Below are positions 1-22,900 of a stretch of 64,000 nt of DNA, piece after piece. The DNA comes from Paraspadella gotoi (lineage: Eukaryota > Animalia > Chaetognatha). The stretch covers positions 2,659,812 through 2,723,811 of the forward strand of contig CM119266.1 in NCBI GenBank assembly GCA_051294375.1, given 5' to 3'. How positions within the stretch are numbered: position 1 is the first letter of the stretch; each line of letters opens with the position of its first letter. Made by a program: the position numbers and the translations under genes. The notes beneath the pieces were generated by a model that saw only the letters and a list, made by a program, of their open reading frames with translations, was not told the origin of the DNA and made no database searches.

Positions 1-644
1 TGGTAATTTTGCATAATTTGGTCAACTTGCATAATTTGATGAACTTGCATAATTTAATGAACTTACATTATTTGGTCAACTGACATAATTTTTTCAACTT
101 GCATAATTTTGTCAACTGGCTTAATTTGATCAACTGCCATTACTTGGTCAACTGGCATAATTAGATCAACGGCATAATTTGGTCATAAAATCAATCAATC
201 GATCAATCAATCAGAGAGAGATAGAAACTTTTAAAAATTCAAATAAATGTGACTTTTGGTTTTCTAATTAAAACTCTTTTCCACTCCTACGATTCCATCA
301 AAAATTTATATCCAGCTTAATCGGATACTTACCTACCTACACACAAAATTTCAATTCAATTTATCTATCCAATTTTAATAAATATAATAATGAGCAAATA
401 TAAGTAAAAATATGTCAAGTAAATATGACTTTTGTTTTTACCATTTAAACTCATTTCTACTCGCACGATTCCATCGAAACTTTATATCCAGCTCAATAAC
501 ACAATCCAACCATCCAATCACGAGTAATTATAGATCATTTATAAGTTCGGACGGACTTACAGACAGACGGATGGACATTTTTTTGTTATAATTTATCATA
601 ATTTATATTATAGAGTCGGAATCTGCTGATAAGCAGATCCGACT
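1..644 (+). mobile_element. DINE-1/HINE-like non-autonomous element, family H1, 3' part
   Basis: 19-bp satellite (ttggtcaactggcataat) at 1-185, core shared with 29860-30103 and 30155-30882, gacg/gaca microsatellite ~549-577, terminal hairpin agtcggaatctgc..gcagatccgact 614-644. The superfamily is inferred from architecture only. Confidence 0.55.
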
Positions 645-819
645 AAAAACTAAAGTTAAAAATAAAAGCTATTAAACTTTTAGGTAGAAATAACTACATC
701 TTTTTTGAAAATGATGATTCGAAATTGAGAAGTAGAATTCGTCAGAGATGGAAATAAGTAAGAAGTATGAAATGCAAATAAACTTTGAAGTTAAAGGTAA
801 TGGTTCTTACAAACAGAAT

Positions 820-910
820 AATAAGCGTGTCACTCTTCTATTTAGTATAATTAGCCATCTCATGACCTTTAGGTATCGAACCCAACGGGAAGCGTGAGGA
901 CGGCCGTAAA
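820..910 (+). mobile_element. Degenerate tRNA-derived SINE-like copy (family of 56554 and 59897)
   Basis: Shares ataagc, gccatc..tcatgacc, a B-box-like gtatcgaaccc and gcgtgaggacggccgtaa with the two DBR1-intron copies. Confidence 0.55.
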
Positions 911-2068
911 ACGCCTTGTTCTAAGCCCAGAACTCGTTCTATTGCTGTAAGTTAGTAGCTCACCACTAAAAGAATACAAGAGACGGTTGTACTTCTTTAT
1001 TTGCAGGTATTTCAGTTCAAACAAAGTTTTTATAAAAAAGATGGGACATTTGTCCAAATATTTCGAACAAAGTATCACAGCAACATCGAATGTGTGCTTT
1101 CCGATATCGTCACAATGAATCAGCTAAATTGGGAAAAAAGAAAACGCAATTGACTAAAAATGTTTTCCTACATACAATCGAATAAAGCGGGTAAAAAAGT
1201 TAACATCATTATTACTATAATTGGTTTAGTGTCGAAAATGCAGCTACTCAGTGGCTTTAGAGATCGTCTGTCGAAACGCAAAGACAACCAATATTAGTTA
1301 AAGTTTTACTGTAAAATATCACATAACGTACGATGGCACTTTTTTCTGCTATTACGCAAAGAATGGAAAGGCTTTTAGAATAAGATTAAGATGTCTAATT
1401 AAGTTAGTTAAGGAAAACGTGACAAGCGAAAACCTCCAGCATAATACGTAAACAAATCTGACATTTTTAAAATGAAAAATAAATTTGAAGACTACGGAAC
1501 GTCGTTCTTCGGAAGAATGAATAACTTCGTTTCAAGTCGGCAAAACTTTTAAGCAAGAAATAAGAATACACAATTCTCTCAAATTAGTTAATTAATTTTA
1601 ACAATACCTGCTTATCGGTTTTAAAAATATCTATATTATGCTATCTAAATCCATGTTGGAATTCATTTGGCGCGAATTACATTCCGTGTCAACATTCCGT
1701 TATTTAACTCACTGGAAGCAGCCTGGTGAGGTGACACTTAACATCACGTTCTTTTATCCTTTCTGACGATTGGTGTATAGCATTTAGCTTAAACGAAGAC
1801 TGTCGTGTTATAAAGCGAATAAAAATAACCCTTTCTCTCTCCCCCCCCCGTTACTCGACAAATCTAGCGCCATAATTGAGGGAAGAAAAAATACGCTAAT
1901 TATAAATATTATACAGAAATTGCGAGAGGAAAAAAAGGGTTCGAATGTATCAATCAAATTGACAAAGGCAACACAGAGAAAAAGAAACGTTTTGTTTAGT
2001 TTTTGCTTCTTTTTTATAGTCGTTTTCAAAACGGGGAATATCTTGATCACTGAATTCATTTCGTTGCC

Positions 2069-12224
<10,156 letters not shown>

Positions 12225-12247
12225 TTTCGAAATTACTCTAAATTCGT

Positions 12248-12260
12248 GTTACTAGGAAAC
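12248..12260. promoter_or_regulatory. RFX X-box just upstream of the KIF2 ATG
   Basis: GTTACTAGGAAAC fits the X-box consensus, ~24 bp from the start codon. Confidence 0.45.
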
Positions 12261-12988
12261 GGCGATCCCCTCTTTATGAGGAAGGGTTTTTCGTGGAAGG
12301 AATACCCTGGAATAATGAGAGGAAGCCTGCGGCGCAGAATGGAAAGAGTAAAGGAATGATCCAGAAGGACGATGTCGTTGTTTCGCAATCAAACCAGTAT
12401 TATATTAATCGTTGTCGATTCTCTCTTTTCAGAAGAGTGACATCGTACCCAGATCTCTCTCTCTCTATCGCTCACTCTCTTCAAATTCGCATATTTTTTC
12501 GAAAACACAACGGGGACGATGATTCACTCTGGTCTCGATCGCGAAAAATGTGTCGGAAAATAACCGACTCGCCTCTGATTGGTGGAAAGCGCGAGCGAGG
12601 CAGGACCTTGCCCGCCGATTGGTCCGTGGCCCGAGCGAGGCTGAGTCTGGCCCCGTCCCGTTTTCGGCCCGCCGGTTTGACAAAAAGGGGAGAGGGGGAG
12701 TGAAGGGGGGTGGGTGAAGATTGCGGCTCGGTGCTGCCCCCGCGGAGGGGAGGGAAGGAGTTTTTTCTTAACAGCTGCGTTCGAGTTAAAAGAAAGAGAA
12801 CATTTGAGAGTACGGTAGAACGAATGATCGAAGGAAAAAGTGAAAGGACGATTAAAAAATGGTCGATGGGTATAAAAGCATAAAATCTAATCAGGTTTGA
12901 CAGTTCTCTTAACGTGCTCCAAAGGGTACGATGTAAAAATCTATAAAACATTAAATGCCACGTAAGTTAAATTAGAACGATGACTGAC

Positions 12989-13555
12989 TTAAACGGACCA
13001 CGGGTAAAAGGGAACGACGGAATCATCGAAAAATCCTTCCTGACGTTTCACGGCGCCAACTTCATCTTCCGGCGCTGTGGGAACTTGCCGGGCGTCGTCG
13101 GCGCCGCCCTCGTGGCGTCGTCGAGCCCGCTCGAGCCGCTTCATCCGCTCGAGCCGCTTAAGAAGGCGATCCTTAAGGCCGCCGGGAATTCGTTTGATAA
13201 CCGGCGGCCACTTTCCGCCGCCGCCTACCCTTACCAAGTGGCGACCGGGGCTTTCGGGTAGGGCGAGGGCGCGGGAATCTGCCCCAGCAGGAAATACTAG
13301 ACGATTGGCGTCAACGTCGGCGACGGACCAACAGCGGGGCCGGAGTCGGAAGGACTGCGGCGGAGACTGCGAGTTTTCGGCATTAAGAGGAAAACGTTCG
13401 GGCCCGACATCAATCTGAAAACAGTCGTCGTTGTCGTCGTCTTCCTCATGGTTTAGGTCGCAATCGCCGATAAATTGCTCCGATTCTGACTGAGAACATG
13501 GTCGATGGCCGCGAGCTAAACTTTCTTTCAGAAGAACCCTTTTGGCCAACGACAT
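12989..13555 (-). CDS. Hypothetical 188-aa single-exon protein
   Basis: ATG-started ORF filling a GC-rich island that resembles the neighbouring exons; no recognised domain. Confidence 0.55.
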   Translation of the reverse strand: MSLAKRVLLKESLARGHRPCSQSESEQFIGDCDLNHEEDDDNDDCFQIDVGPERFPLNAENSQSPPQSFRLRPRCWSVADVDANRLVFPAGADSRALALPESPGRHLVRVGGGGKWPPVIKRIPGGLKDRLLKRLERMKRLERARRRHEGGADDARQVPTAPEDEVGAVKRQEGFFDDSVVPFYPWSV

Positions 13556-13850
13556 CTTCGTCGAAAGACGACTCTTCTTGTGAAGACACTTTCAAAAATA
13601 AAATCGAGCGTAGAGTAGAAAAGTTGTAAAAAGAAAAAAAACTTTAACAAAAGGTCCAAAAGATCACAGTTTAGGCTTGACAAGGAGAGTAATATGGACT
13701 CACATGGCAATCATAGGCATTAGGCAATCGTAACAATATTCGATCTCACCAAAAATAAACCATCAACCATTGATATTTAATAAATTAATTTCATTTAATC
13801 GATCAATTCTTAAGCAACCCAAATACCCCAACACTATTTGTTTCTTCTCT

Positions 13851-16800
13851 TCACGATTTCCTCAACAACTTGTCATTCTTGTCGCATTCCTCTTGAAAAT
13901 CTTTGACCCTCTTGTAGTAAAGCCTTTTTTTCTCCACGAGGCCGGCGAGTTGATCCGAGAGGTCGTCGAACTTTCTTTTCTCCTCTTCCCTCCTCCGCTC
14001 GAGGCCGCCGCGATTCTTCCTAACTCCTTCCACGATGATGTCGAGCTGCTGGAGGAACTCTTCCTTTCCCGCCGTCGAGGCCATGGCCGCTCCAAAGTTG
14101 TCGTGGATCGACTCGAGTATGCTTACTTCCTTCTCTAAGTACCTTCGCTTATCTTCCAGAGTGTTGTAAAGCGTGAAGAACTGCTTGGTCTGGCGATGCT
14201 TGGCCGCCATCTCGTCATAGAGCTCGAGGAATCTCTTCTGATATTGCTCGAGCTCGGCTCGAGAGGGGATCTCGTCCAGGGCGCGCTCGAGGCTCTTGAG
14301 TTCGCGGGATTTTTTAGCCAGGGCCAACTTCGCTTTGTTAAGGCGATCTCGCTCTTTGTCGACGCGCAACTTGAGGGCGGCCACGTCCGGGTCGGCGTCC
14401 TCATCAAAACCATTGTCCGCAGTGCGCTTTTCCGACAAGGAGGCTTGAAGAGCTGCGAGCTGATCCTTGCAGGAAGCCTTGTATTCGCCTTCACGGGCCT
14501 TCATGTCTTCGTGAGTGGACAAGAGACTCTCCAAGGCCGCGGCATCCTGAGGATCCACGGCGGCTTTGAGGCGCTGCAATTCCTCCAACTTTCGCAGTGC
14601 CGGTTCGGCGGCATCCTGTGCCTTCAACAGCCGTTCCTCCACCTCGCGGTCGTCTTGCTCCGCTTCTCTCAACTTGGCCTCCAGCTTTTCCTTTCTCGCT
14701 CTCAATAGTCGCAGATTCTCGGTCAGGGCGGCCCGCTTCTCTTCGAAGGCGACCTCGGGCGTTTTTGCCTCTTCGACCATCTTCTCTTTCCCGGCGTCGT
14801 ACTCGTTGACGATCCTCTCGATCTCCCCAGACTGCATGCCGACGATGTGGCCGACGGCGCGGGCGGAGAGGACGGACTCACCCCCGGATCCGGCCACGGC
14901 TTGGAGGAGCAAGTCTTCTTCGCTCCAGTCGACCGGAGAGACCTCTGCGGCGTCTCCGGTCGACCCTCCGGCTCTCTCGGAGGTCGACGCCGTCGCAGAT
15001 GCGCCCGAAATCGTCCCGGCGCAGCCGAATTCCATTAGGGTGCTCCTAACCCGCCTGGCTTCGTCCATGCGCCAAAAGTCCGTCTTCGGGGAAGATGCAG
15101 CGCCGCGACGAAATCTGCGCCGCGGCCGGTAAGTATCGGTGAGGCGCTGGACGGCGACAACGGCGCCGCGACGATCCTCCTTCGCCTTGAGCTCAACCGG
15201 GTCGTCGGGAAAACCGCGCCGAAATTGGGAGACTGCAAATGCACGAACGGCGTCACCCCACTCGGATTTATATTGCATGGCCTTCTTGACGAGCCATTGA
15301 ACAACGGGAAAGATGCGAATGTAGTCGAGCCCTTGGATTTGATGGGGTTCGATCCTATGGGGACACTTCATCCTCGGCAGCGTGCCCACAATCTTCTCCG
15401 TCAGGGCGATTTTCTGTCCGATGGTGGAATTCTCTTGGAATAGGAGGTCAACGTCGACGTCGACGTTGCAGGTGGTGATGCACCAGGTCATCCCACCCAC
15501 GATCTTGTCGAAGTCGGAGAGACCCTTGATACGGGCGCGGAAGTAGCCTGGAGGATAGACAAAAGTTGGTTATTACAGAGAATAAAACTTTTGCGGCAAC
15601 CTTTGGTAGCGACTCGTACGATAGTCTAATCTACCTGTCTTTTTTCATCCAACTTTTGGGTTGTATTTTCGAACTGATCTATCTCTGTAATAATAATAGT
15701 ATGTCCTTTTTTCTTCTTTCACAATCATTTTTCGTCCAGGGTAAAACCCCACTGATGTCGATCTAATATTATTAACTTGATCATTTGATCACGATCTGAA
15801 AAAAAAAACTCGAAGTTTACGAACTTCCTACAAAGCTCATCTAATCGTCTGGAGGGATTTGTGTCAATATTATTTGTAAAATCATATTGGGTGCTTAAAA
15901 AACCTACTACTAAAATATCCACGAGTGACATAGTAAAGGAATGTAAAGTTACATTATAAACAATTTGTAGGCAAAATGAATTCGGTCACATCCCGTGACA
16001 ATAAATGACAAATCAAAGTCTCGACTCGAGCGGGGGAACATCGGGATCGTCGACGAAATCGGGGCTGTTGGGTCTCTCCTCCTGCCGCATCCACCGAGGC
16101 GCTTCCTTCACGAACCTCCTCTGCTCCCCTTCGTTTTTCAAAATGTTCTTGTAATCGAGCTTGGAGTCAGTCACCTCCAAATAGGCCGTCGACCCGCTTA
16201 CGTCATCCGCGTAATTATCGAAGCCGCCGCCCTTGTTTTTTGGTGGGACTTTTTCTTCCTTCGTTTTCCGAATCTTTTCTAAAAGTGAAAAGAAATCAAT
16301 CTCGGGTTATTTCCAAGCCGGAAAACACCTTTCCCCGTTGCCTTCTCCCTTATTCACCGACAACGTCTTTAACTTTAGGCATGGTGACCAAGAGGTGTCC
16401 CGTGATTTGAGATCGTTTGGCGGAGCTGGCGTCGGGGCGAACCTCGTCGTGGAGTCTTAACTGCAGAGTTTTCCCCTTGAGGGTGACGCGGACGTAAGTG
16501 GGCTGGACGTCGACGTCGACGAGCGAAGTGTCCATGTGCTTAAAGACTCGGACGTCGAGTTCGAAGCGATTGTCCACCACATTGTCTCGCAATTCAAAGT
16601 CGACCTTGGACTCGTTGCAGTTGATGGGCGTGCCGTCGTCCTTGAAGAGTTTTCGCGGCGCCTTAGGTTCGGTCTTCTTGCTCTTTTTCTTTTCTTCTTT
16701 TTCCTTTTGATCCATGATGTACTGGTGGGTCTCGATGCGAGACTCGGGGGTGTAGGGTAACCTACGTTCAAAGTTTTTTTGTTTTTTGTTTTCACCCATT

Positions 16801-18436
16801 GTACGTATTTGAATTATAATTAGAATTATAGTTACAGTATAGAGCAAGTACCTTTCCTCTTGAAATTCCTTTTCCTTATGTTCCCTCAATCGTTCCAAAA
16901 CTTCCTCTTGTCCCTTTTTTTCCAAATCCTTTTCGATATCGTCGATCCTCTTCTTTTCCTCCTCCCTCTTCCGAAAAAACTCCTTCTCGTCTCTCCGACT
17001 CTCCCGCCATTTGCGCTCCGACTCCTGCAGCCGCTCACCGAGAGCCTCCTCGTCCTGAATGGCCTTGATGCGATGGCTGCGATCGATGTCCGTCCCGTCG
17101 AGTTTGGCCAGGTTGGGCAGCGTCGCCATCACGAAGTCGCGATAATCGGGGAAGTCAACGCAGGGATTTCCCGTCAGGTAGACTTCTTCCAGGAAAATGT
17201 TGGCTTGGAGAGATCGGATCGACGTCAACTCTCCGATGAAATTGGCCGTGAGGTCGAGCTTGCGCAAACTCTCGCAGCCCTGAAGCAAATGTTGCATTCG
17301 CGCGTTGATCGACAAATGAAAAATAGTCGACGTATATTATTACCTCCAAATTTTCGATCCGCTCGATGTTGTTCAAAGCCAGATTGAGATACTCCAGTTG
17401 CTTCATCCTCGAAAGGTTCTCGATCTTCGGAATCAAATTGCTTTGGAGATAAAGAATTTTCAAGCCTCGGCACCATTTGTCCAAACATTCTATTCGTTCT
17501 ATGTCGAGTTGGTGGAGCGAAATTTCTTCTAAGGTGCTAATGCATCCCTCGTTATGCTCGGTTCGCTTGCGGACAAGTTCTTCCGTTATGAAAACCATTT
17601 TTAGGTTTAATATGGAATCAAGTTACTAGGGTTTTTTCTACGGTAGATGAAAATAATTTCATTTTGATTTAGATTTAAAAATTTTATGGCAAAATTTAAA
17701 CAATATACAAATATACTTATACAAAATGAGAGGCATAGGGCTCTTGAATCAACACGGAACACAACTTTATGTCGACCATTCATTAAAAATTTTTCATACA
17801 AAAAACTTATTTTTTTTTTCCCGGCATGAATCACAGATCTCGCAGAAAAATCCTCCAAACCGATGAACGAATCCACGAAAGTTTCTTCCCGACATTTGGA
17901 GCAAAGGCAAAGAGAGCAACCGGCTTATTCAGATATTTCGTAAATGCTTGTCTTTCTGATTAAAATGACCTTTTGTGTTCTAACTAAATTAACTGTTATA
18001 GGAAGATACGTACAAATTCTTAATTTACACGTCGCTACCGTAAGGCTTCCAATTGATCGGCATTTATACTTAGAAATTTAAACTAGTGATTAATCCCGAT
18101 TAATTTAGTAATTAATCCCGATTATTTTAAGGTTTAATCCCGATTAATTTAGTGATTAATCCCGATTAATTTAGCGATTAATCCCGATTAATTTAGCGAT
18201 TAATCCCGATTAATTTAGCGATTAATCCCGATTAATTTAGTGATTAATCCCAGAAACGTGGGATTGGCAGAGGCCAAACCTGCGGCGAGAAGGAGATCGA
18301 CTGTCTCGTCCAACTTGTTCTTCGCCTCGATGTCCTCGCGTCTCTCCACGCGGATTTCCTTCCCTTCGGAGTCGAGAACCGTGTCGAGTCTCTTGGAGGC
18401 GGAGACGCGGCGACGAAGATCTTGAGCGGCGGACAT
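13851..18436 (-). CDS. CCDC93: Coiled-coil domain-containing protein 93 (CCC/Commander subunit)
   Basis: Exon 1 18436-18280 (..VDLLLAAG) splices in phase to exon 2 15547-13851 ([53 protein letters not shown]). Confidence 0.93.
16013..17598 (-). CDS. LRRC6: Dynein axonemal assembly factor LRRC6/DNAAF11 (tilB homologue), nested in CCDC93 intron 1
   Basis: Exons 17598-17344, 17279-16852, 16761-16358, 16278-16013. [14 protein letters not shown], LRRs, LRRcap, [20 protein letters not shown]-terminal [12 protein letters not shown]. Confidence 0.95.
18085..18252. repeat. 23-bp tandem repeat (gtgattaatcccgattaatttag) with an internal palindrome
   Basis: About 7 units just inside CCDC93 intron 1. 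Confidence 0.85.
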
Positions 18437-18761
18437 CCTTAAAGGCGATCCCCGCGATCTACGGAGTTGTGGTCCACAGAGTCTTATTATCAAAGCGGTC
18501 AATGCAGTTTTCGCGCGACTCGAGAAACCAAAATATTATGGCTAGAGAAAGAAAATTGATTCAAATTATCCACAATTAAGTCCAAGACTAACTAAATTTC
18601 ATCGACCATTTCAAAATTTTTGGGTAAACCAGCCTTCCAACGCAATTGTGTATTTAATAAACTTTTCTGATAAGATCAGATTATCATTAAGGGCAGAAAA
18701 TAATAAAATTACAATTTAATCGAAATTTAAATGGATTTTTTTTTAACTTACGATACAATCA

Positions 18762-19786
18762 ACAGAAGGCTTCATATTATAAAATGAGGTGGTGGTTTTT
18801 TGTGACCAGAATCTGTTCCGCAAAAACTACTGGACCAAATTCATTGAAATTTGGTAGGAATTTAAAGAACTATCGAGACGAATTTTAATATTTGACCCGT
18901 GAGCCGATATGGGCCCCCGGGGACAAAAAATGGTCAATTTTTTTTCCCCAAATTTTTAAATTATTTTTGTTTTGAACAGTTGCATAGACGTTTACTCTTG
19001 CACCAAAATGTATTTATTACCACAAAAATATTAGTTTACCTTAATTTTCAGCTTCATAAACATAAACGGTTCAAGTCAGATTTGTAATTTGAGAAAATTG
19101 GAAGTAAAACTGTAACTGTAAAAGTAATAAAATCAAATATAAATGTTTATGAAAAAGTCGATGAGTTCGTGAAACTCGGATGAACGGAGGAAGACGATCC
19201 CGAAGGAGAGAAGGAGAGAAGGGGAGAAGGGGAGAAGGGGAGAAGGAGAGAAGGAGAGAAGGGGAGAAGGGGAGAGGAGAGAAGGGGAAAAGGAGAGAAG
19301 GGGAGAAGGAGAGAAGGGAGAAGGGGAGAAGGAGAGAAGGGAGAAAGGAGAGAAGGGGAAAAGGAGAGAAGGGGAAAGAGAAAGGGAGGGAGAAGGAGAG
19401 AAGGAGAGAAGGGAGGAACGTAACCCTAACAAAACGATGAATCATGCATCTTCAAACAATGCTTTATTGAAATTTTATCAATTTTAGTTCTAAAATGTTA
19501 TTTATATGTTTAACACGTCGAAACACCTGATGCTACTAAACAATTTTTAAAAAATTTAAAAAATGAAAAAAAAAATTAGTATTATTTGGCCACACAGGGA
19601 TCCAGCCCCAGGGCCCTGTATCTCTTGTCAGAGGTTAAATATCAAAATTCGCCTCGATAGTTACATTTATATCGTCATTAGGACTTTATTTGTATAATTG
19701 TATAATTTCATAAAATTAGTAATTTGGTGGGAATAGATTCAGAACAAAAAAACAACCACATCCTTTTATAATATGAGGCCTTCTGT
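18762..19786. mobile_element. MITE family M1 with an internal purine-rich microsatellite
   Basis: TIR acagaaggcttcatattataaaatga / ttttataatatgaggccttctgt; GA-rich tract 19205-19415; homologous to 31209-31816. Confidence 0.8.
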
Positions 19787-19984
19787 CGTCAGAGAAGAAG
19801 CCCGAAGGCCGAATATCAACAACGAGACGTGATAACAAGTGCGAAACGCTCTTATGAAAAAAAATTTCTTGAAGGAAAACAAATTAAGGGTAAATGGAGT
19901 CTGAAAAGGGGAGGGCCGGAAAGGGTTATAAACTGGAGGAGTTCTGTTATCAGTTAAGATATTCTTTTCATTCGCGGATTAGTT

Positions 19985-22900
19985 TCAGGCGGTGGCGTTG
20001 ACTTGGCGAGCGGTCACCCAGGCGGTAAAGACGTCTCTGGAAAGGGCGATCGCAAATTAAGATTAGTAGTAGTAATGAATTATTTCCAAATAAATCCATT
20101 AAAATAATAAGCCAAGAAAAAAGTTACCTCTTGGCATTAAATTCTCTCTCACCTGCAGTGCGCGACGCAGCACTCGTTGCTGCAGTATTCCTTGTCCCAA
20201 TCTGGCGAATCGACGGCCATGTTGGTGCAGCCAGATCGCGTGCAGAGTCCGAGCTGCTGACGCTGCTGCTGCACCCGTTGAAGATGCTCCTGCTCCAGCG
20301 ACATGGAATCCCGTTCGGGCAAAGGAGAGGTTCGCTGAAGGGGGTGGGATAATAATGGGATAATAATACTATTTATTAAGTTTCATTGAATATCATTAAG
20401 TTTGTCTAAGTAATTATTTAATAGACGGAGAACGAATACTTACATCGTTCCCTCGCCTTTTTCTTAACTAACGAACATCACCAACCGCAGACAACAGATT
20501 AAATCTACTATATTGGACAACTTATTCCACCCCTTCATCCCACGATTTCATCTCATTCACCTGAAGACTGGAGCCCTTCTTGAACGACCCCTCCGACTTG
20601 GTCTCCTCCGTTTTGGAGCTCGACTTGACAAGCCCTTCCGACGATTCCGACGTCTTTGGCGGCGAAGTCTCCTTCGGCCTAATTTCTGCCAGAGTTTGTC
20701 GCGAGAAGCTAGACGCCACAGCGGCAGCGCTCGTAGTCAACGTCGTCGTCGTTAGCAGTGTCGTTTGAGACGGCGCCATCTGCGCTTGGTTCAGTTGAAG
20801 TTGTTCCTGCAGCAACTGTTGCTGTTGAAGCTGTCGTTGTTGTTCCAAAAGTTGTTTTTGTTGATGTTGCGCCACTTTTTTCTGTAGCTGCTGTTGTTGC
20901 GACTGTTGCACTATCTGCAATTGTTGTTTCTGCTGTTGTTGTTCGAAAGTGGGGAGCATCATCTGCTGTCGCATCTGTTTGGGGCTGGAATCGATCTTAG
21001 CGCCGACGGAGAGCGCGGCGGAGGTGATGGCGTTGATCACCGTCGAGGAGGCGCGGATTACGTGAGACTTTTGTCCTTCGCTTTCGATCGTTGTGTACTA
21101 AAGATAGGAAGAGCGATGTACAGCGATAAAAGATAGTTGTCTGAATATGTTACCCGAAATAGTCTGCTTACCAAAGCTTGATTTGGCGGGTTGCTTTCGA
21201 TCTGAGGCTGGGTTGCCTGTTGCAGTTGCTGCAACCCTTGATTCGGGAGTTGATATAATTGAGGTTGGGGTTGTTGAACGATCTGCTGCTGCTCCATTAA
21301 TGGCTGCTGTACAACTTGAGGCTGTTGAACCACCTGCTGTTGGACTAGGGGTTGTTGGACAACTTGTTGGGGAGTCAGCTGTTGTTGCACGACCTGTTGT
21401 TGCGGCGTATTAATCAACTGCTGTTGCTGAGAAGAAAACGGGTTATAACATAAGGATTTACCGATTTACCAAAAGAATCTTTTCAGAAGGCTTACTTGTT
21501 GAGGGGATCCGGCAGCGGAAGTTGGGACCAGTTGAAGTAACCTCACAGATTTTCCACCTTGAAGACTCGTGTTGCAGGAGCTAATCGTGTACTGAACTTT
21601 TCCCTGAATATATAGACGGATTTAAAAATGTCAGAAAGCTCAAACCGACATTGTCACACCCTCTTTTGAGTTACTGTTATAACTCAGGGCCGAAAAAAGT
21701 TATAATTATAATTATTGAAGGAAAACTAAAGATCCATTTCTCTAGTCACGACCAAAAGTAGGCGAGCGCATTCTAGAGAAATTATAAAAAAGTCTTTAGG
21801 AATTATATTTACAATAAATATATGTACACTGTAGAGTGCTACGCTATTTATATAAATGAACGTTCGATTATGCACTGTCACTATATTTTTAATCAAAAGC
21901 GCTCAAAAAATTAAAAACGCCACCGAAACAAGATTTCTCCATCTTTCAATCACCTGAGTTGTGTGTATCTGCAGCTTTGATCCTGGAGCGATCTTCAGAG
22001 TCTGGAGTCCCTGAAGAGACTGCAAGTTGATGGGGACGGAGGAAACAGCGCCCGTCCCCGCCGACGAAGAGACGGCAGTCACGTTAGGGTTTTTCACGAC
22101 CACAGAGGGTTGTAGCTGTTGTTGTAGTTGTGGCTGAGATATCGACTGAGCGGGCATGAGTTGTGCCTGTCGTTGTTGTTGAAAGGGTTGAACCTGCTGA
22201 ATCTGTTGAACCTGCGGCACCTGTGGAACCTGAGAAAACGAAATTGTACACATTTTAAAATGGAAGGTTAAAAGAGAAAAACTGAAGACAGGAAAATTTA
22301 GCTTGCCTTCCTATTCTCCCCTTGCTCTTCCATTTTTTTTTTTTTTGGCACCTCCGTATATTGTCTCGCGATACATTCTTTAGTTTCTATTCTCCGCGAA
22401 ATATATGAGTTTCCCTCTACAATGTATTTCCTCACGCCTTCAATTGCCCTCAAGCTGAAATTTTTCGTACTTGTTGAACGATGCCGTTGAAGGAGCTTTG
22501 TGGGTTGGGTTGTATGACGCCGCCTTGAAGCAAGGCGTTATCGGAAAGACTCGGCTGAATGATGTATCCTTGCTGCAACAGTTGCTCCTGCTGATCAGGG
22601 GCCAAGATGAAATTGTTGTCCGCCATATCCTCCTAAAAAAGTAAACATAACATCAGGCGGCTGCAGCTTTATGATTAGACGGATCATAAACAATATCATA
22701 TATCAATATCATTGATAGGGAAGCCAGGTACTCTGAGAGTAAATAAACTCGACAATGAATCTTGATTGAAAGCTTGCTACGTTATTATCTTGTAAGAGTG
22801 ATTGTGGCCTTAAACCACAAAAGCCTGTCTAAAGTCAGGGGCAACATAGCTTATTTATTAAATGAATGGATAATTTTTATATTGGTTGAACCAATTTCAT

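Noticed and set aside
19071-19445. ORFs over the GA-rich tract
   Set aside because: Microsatellite inside a MITE
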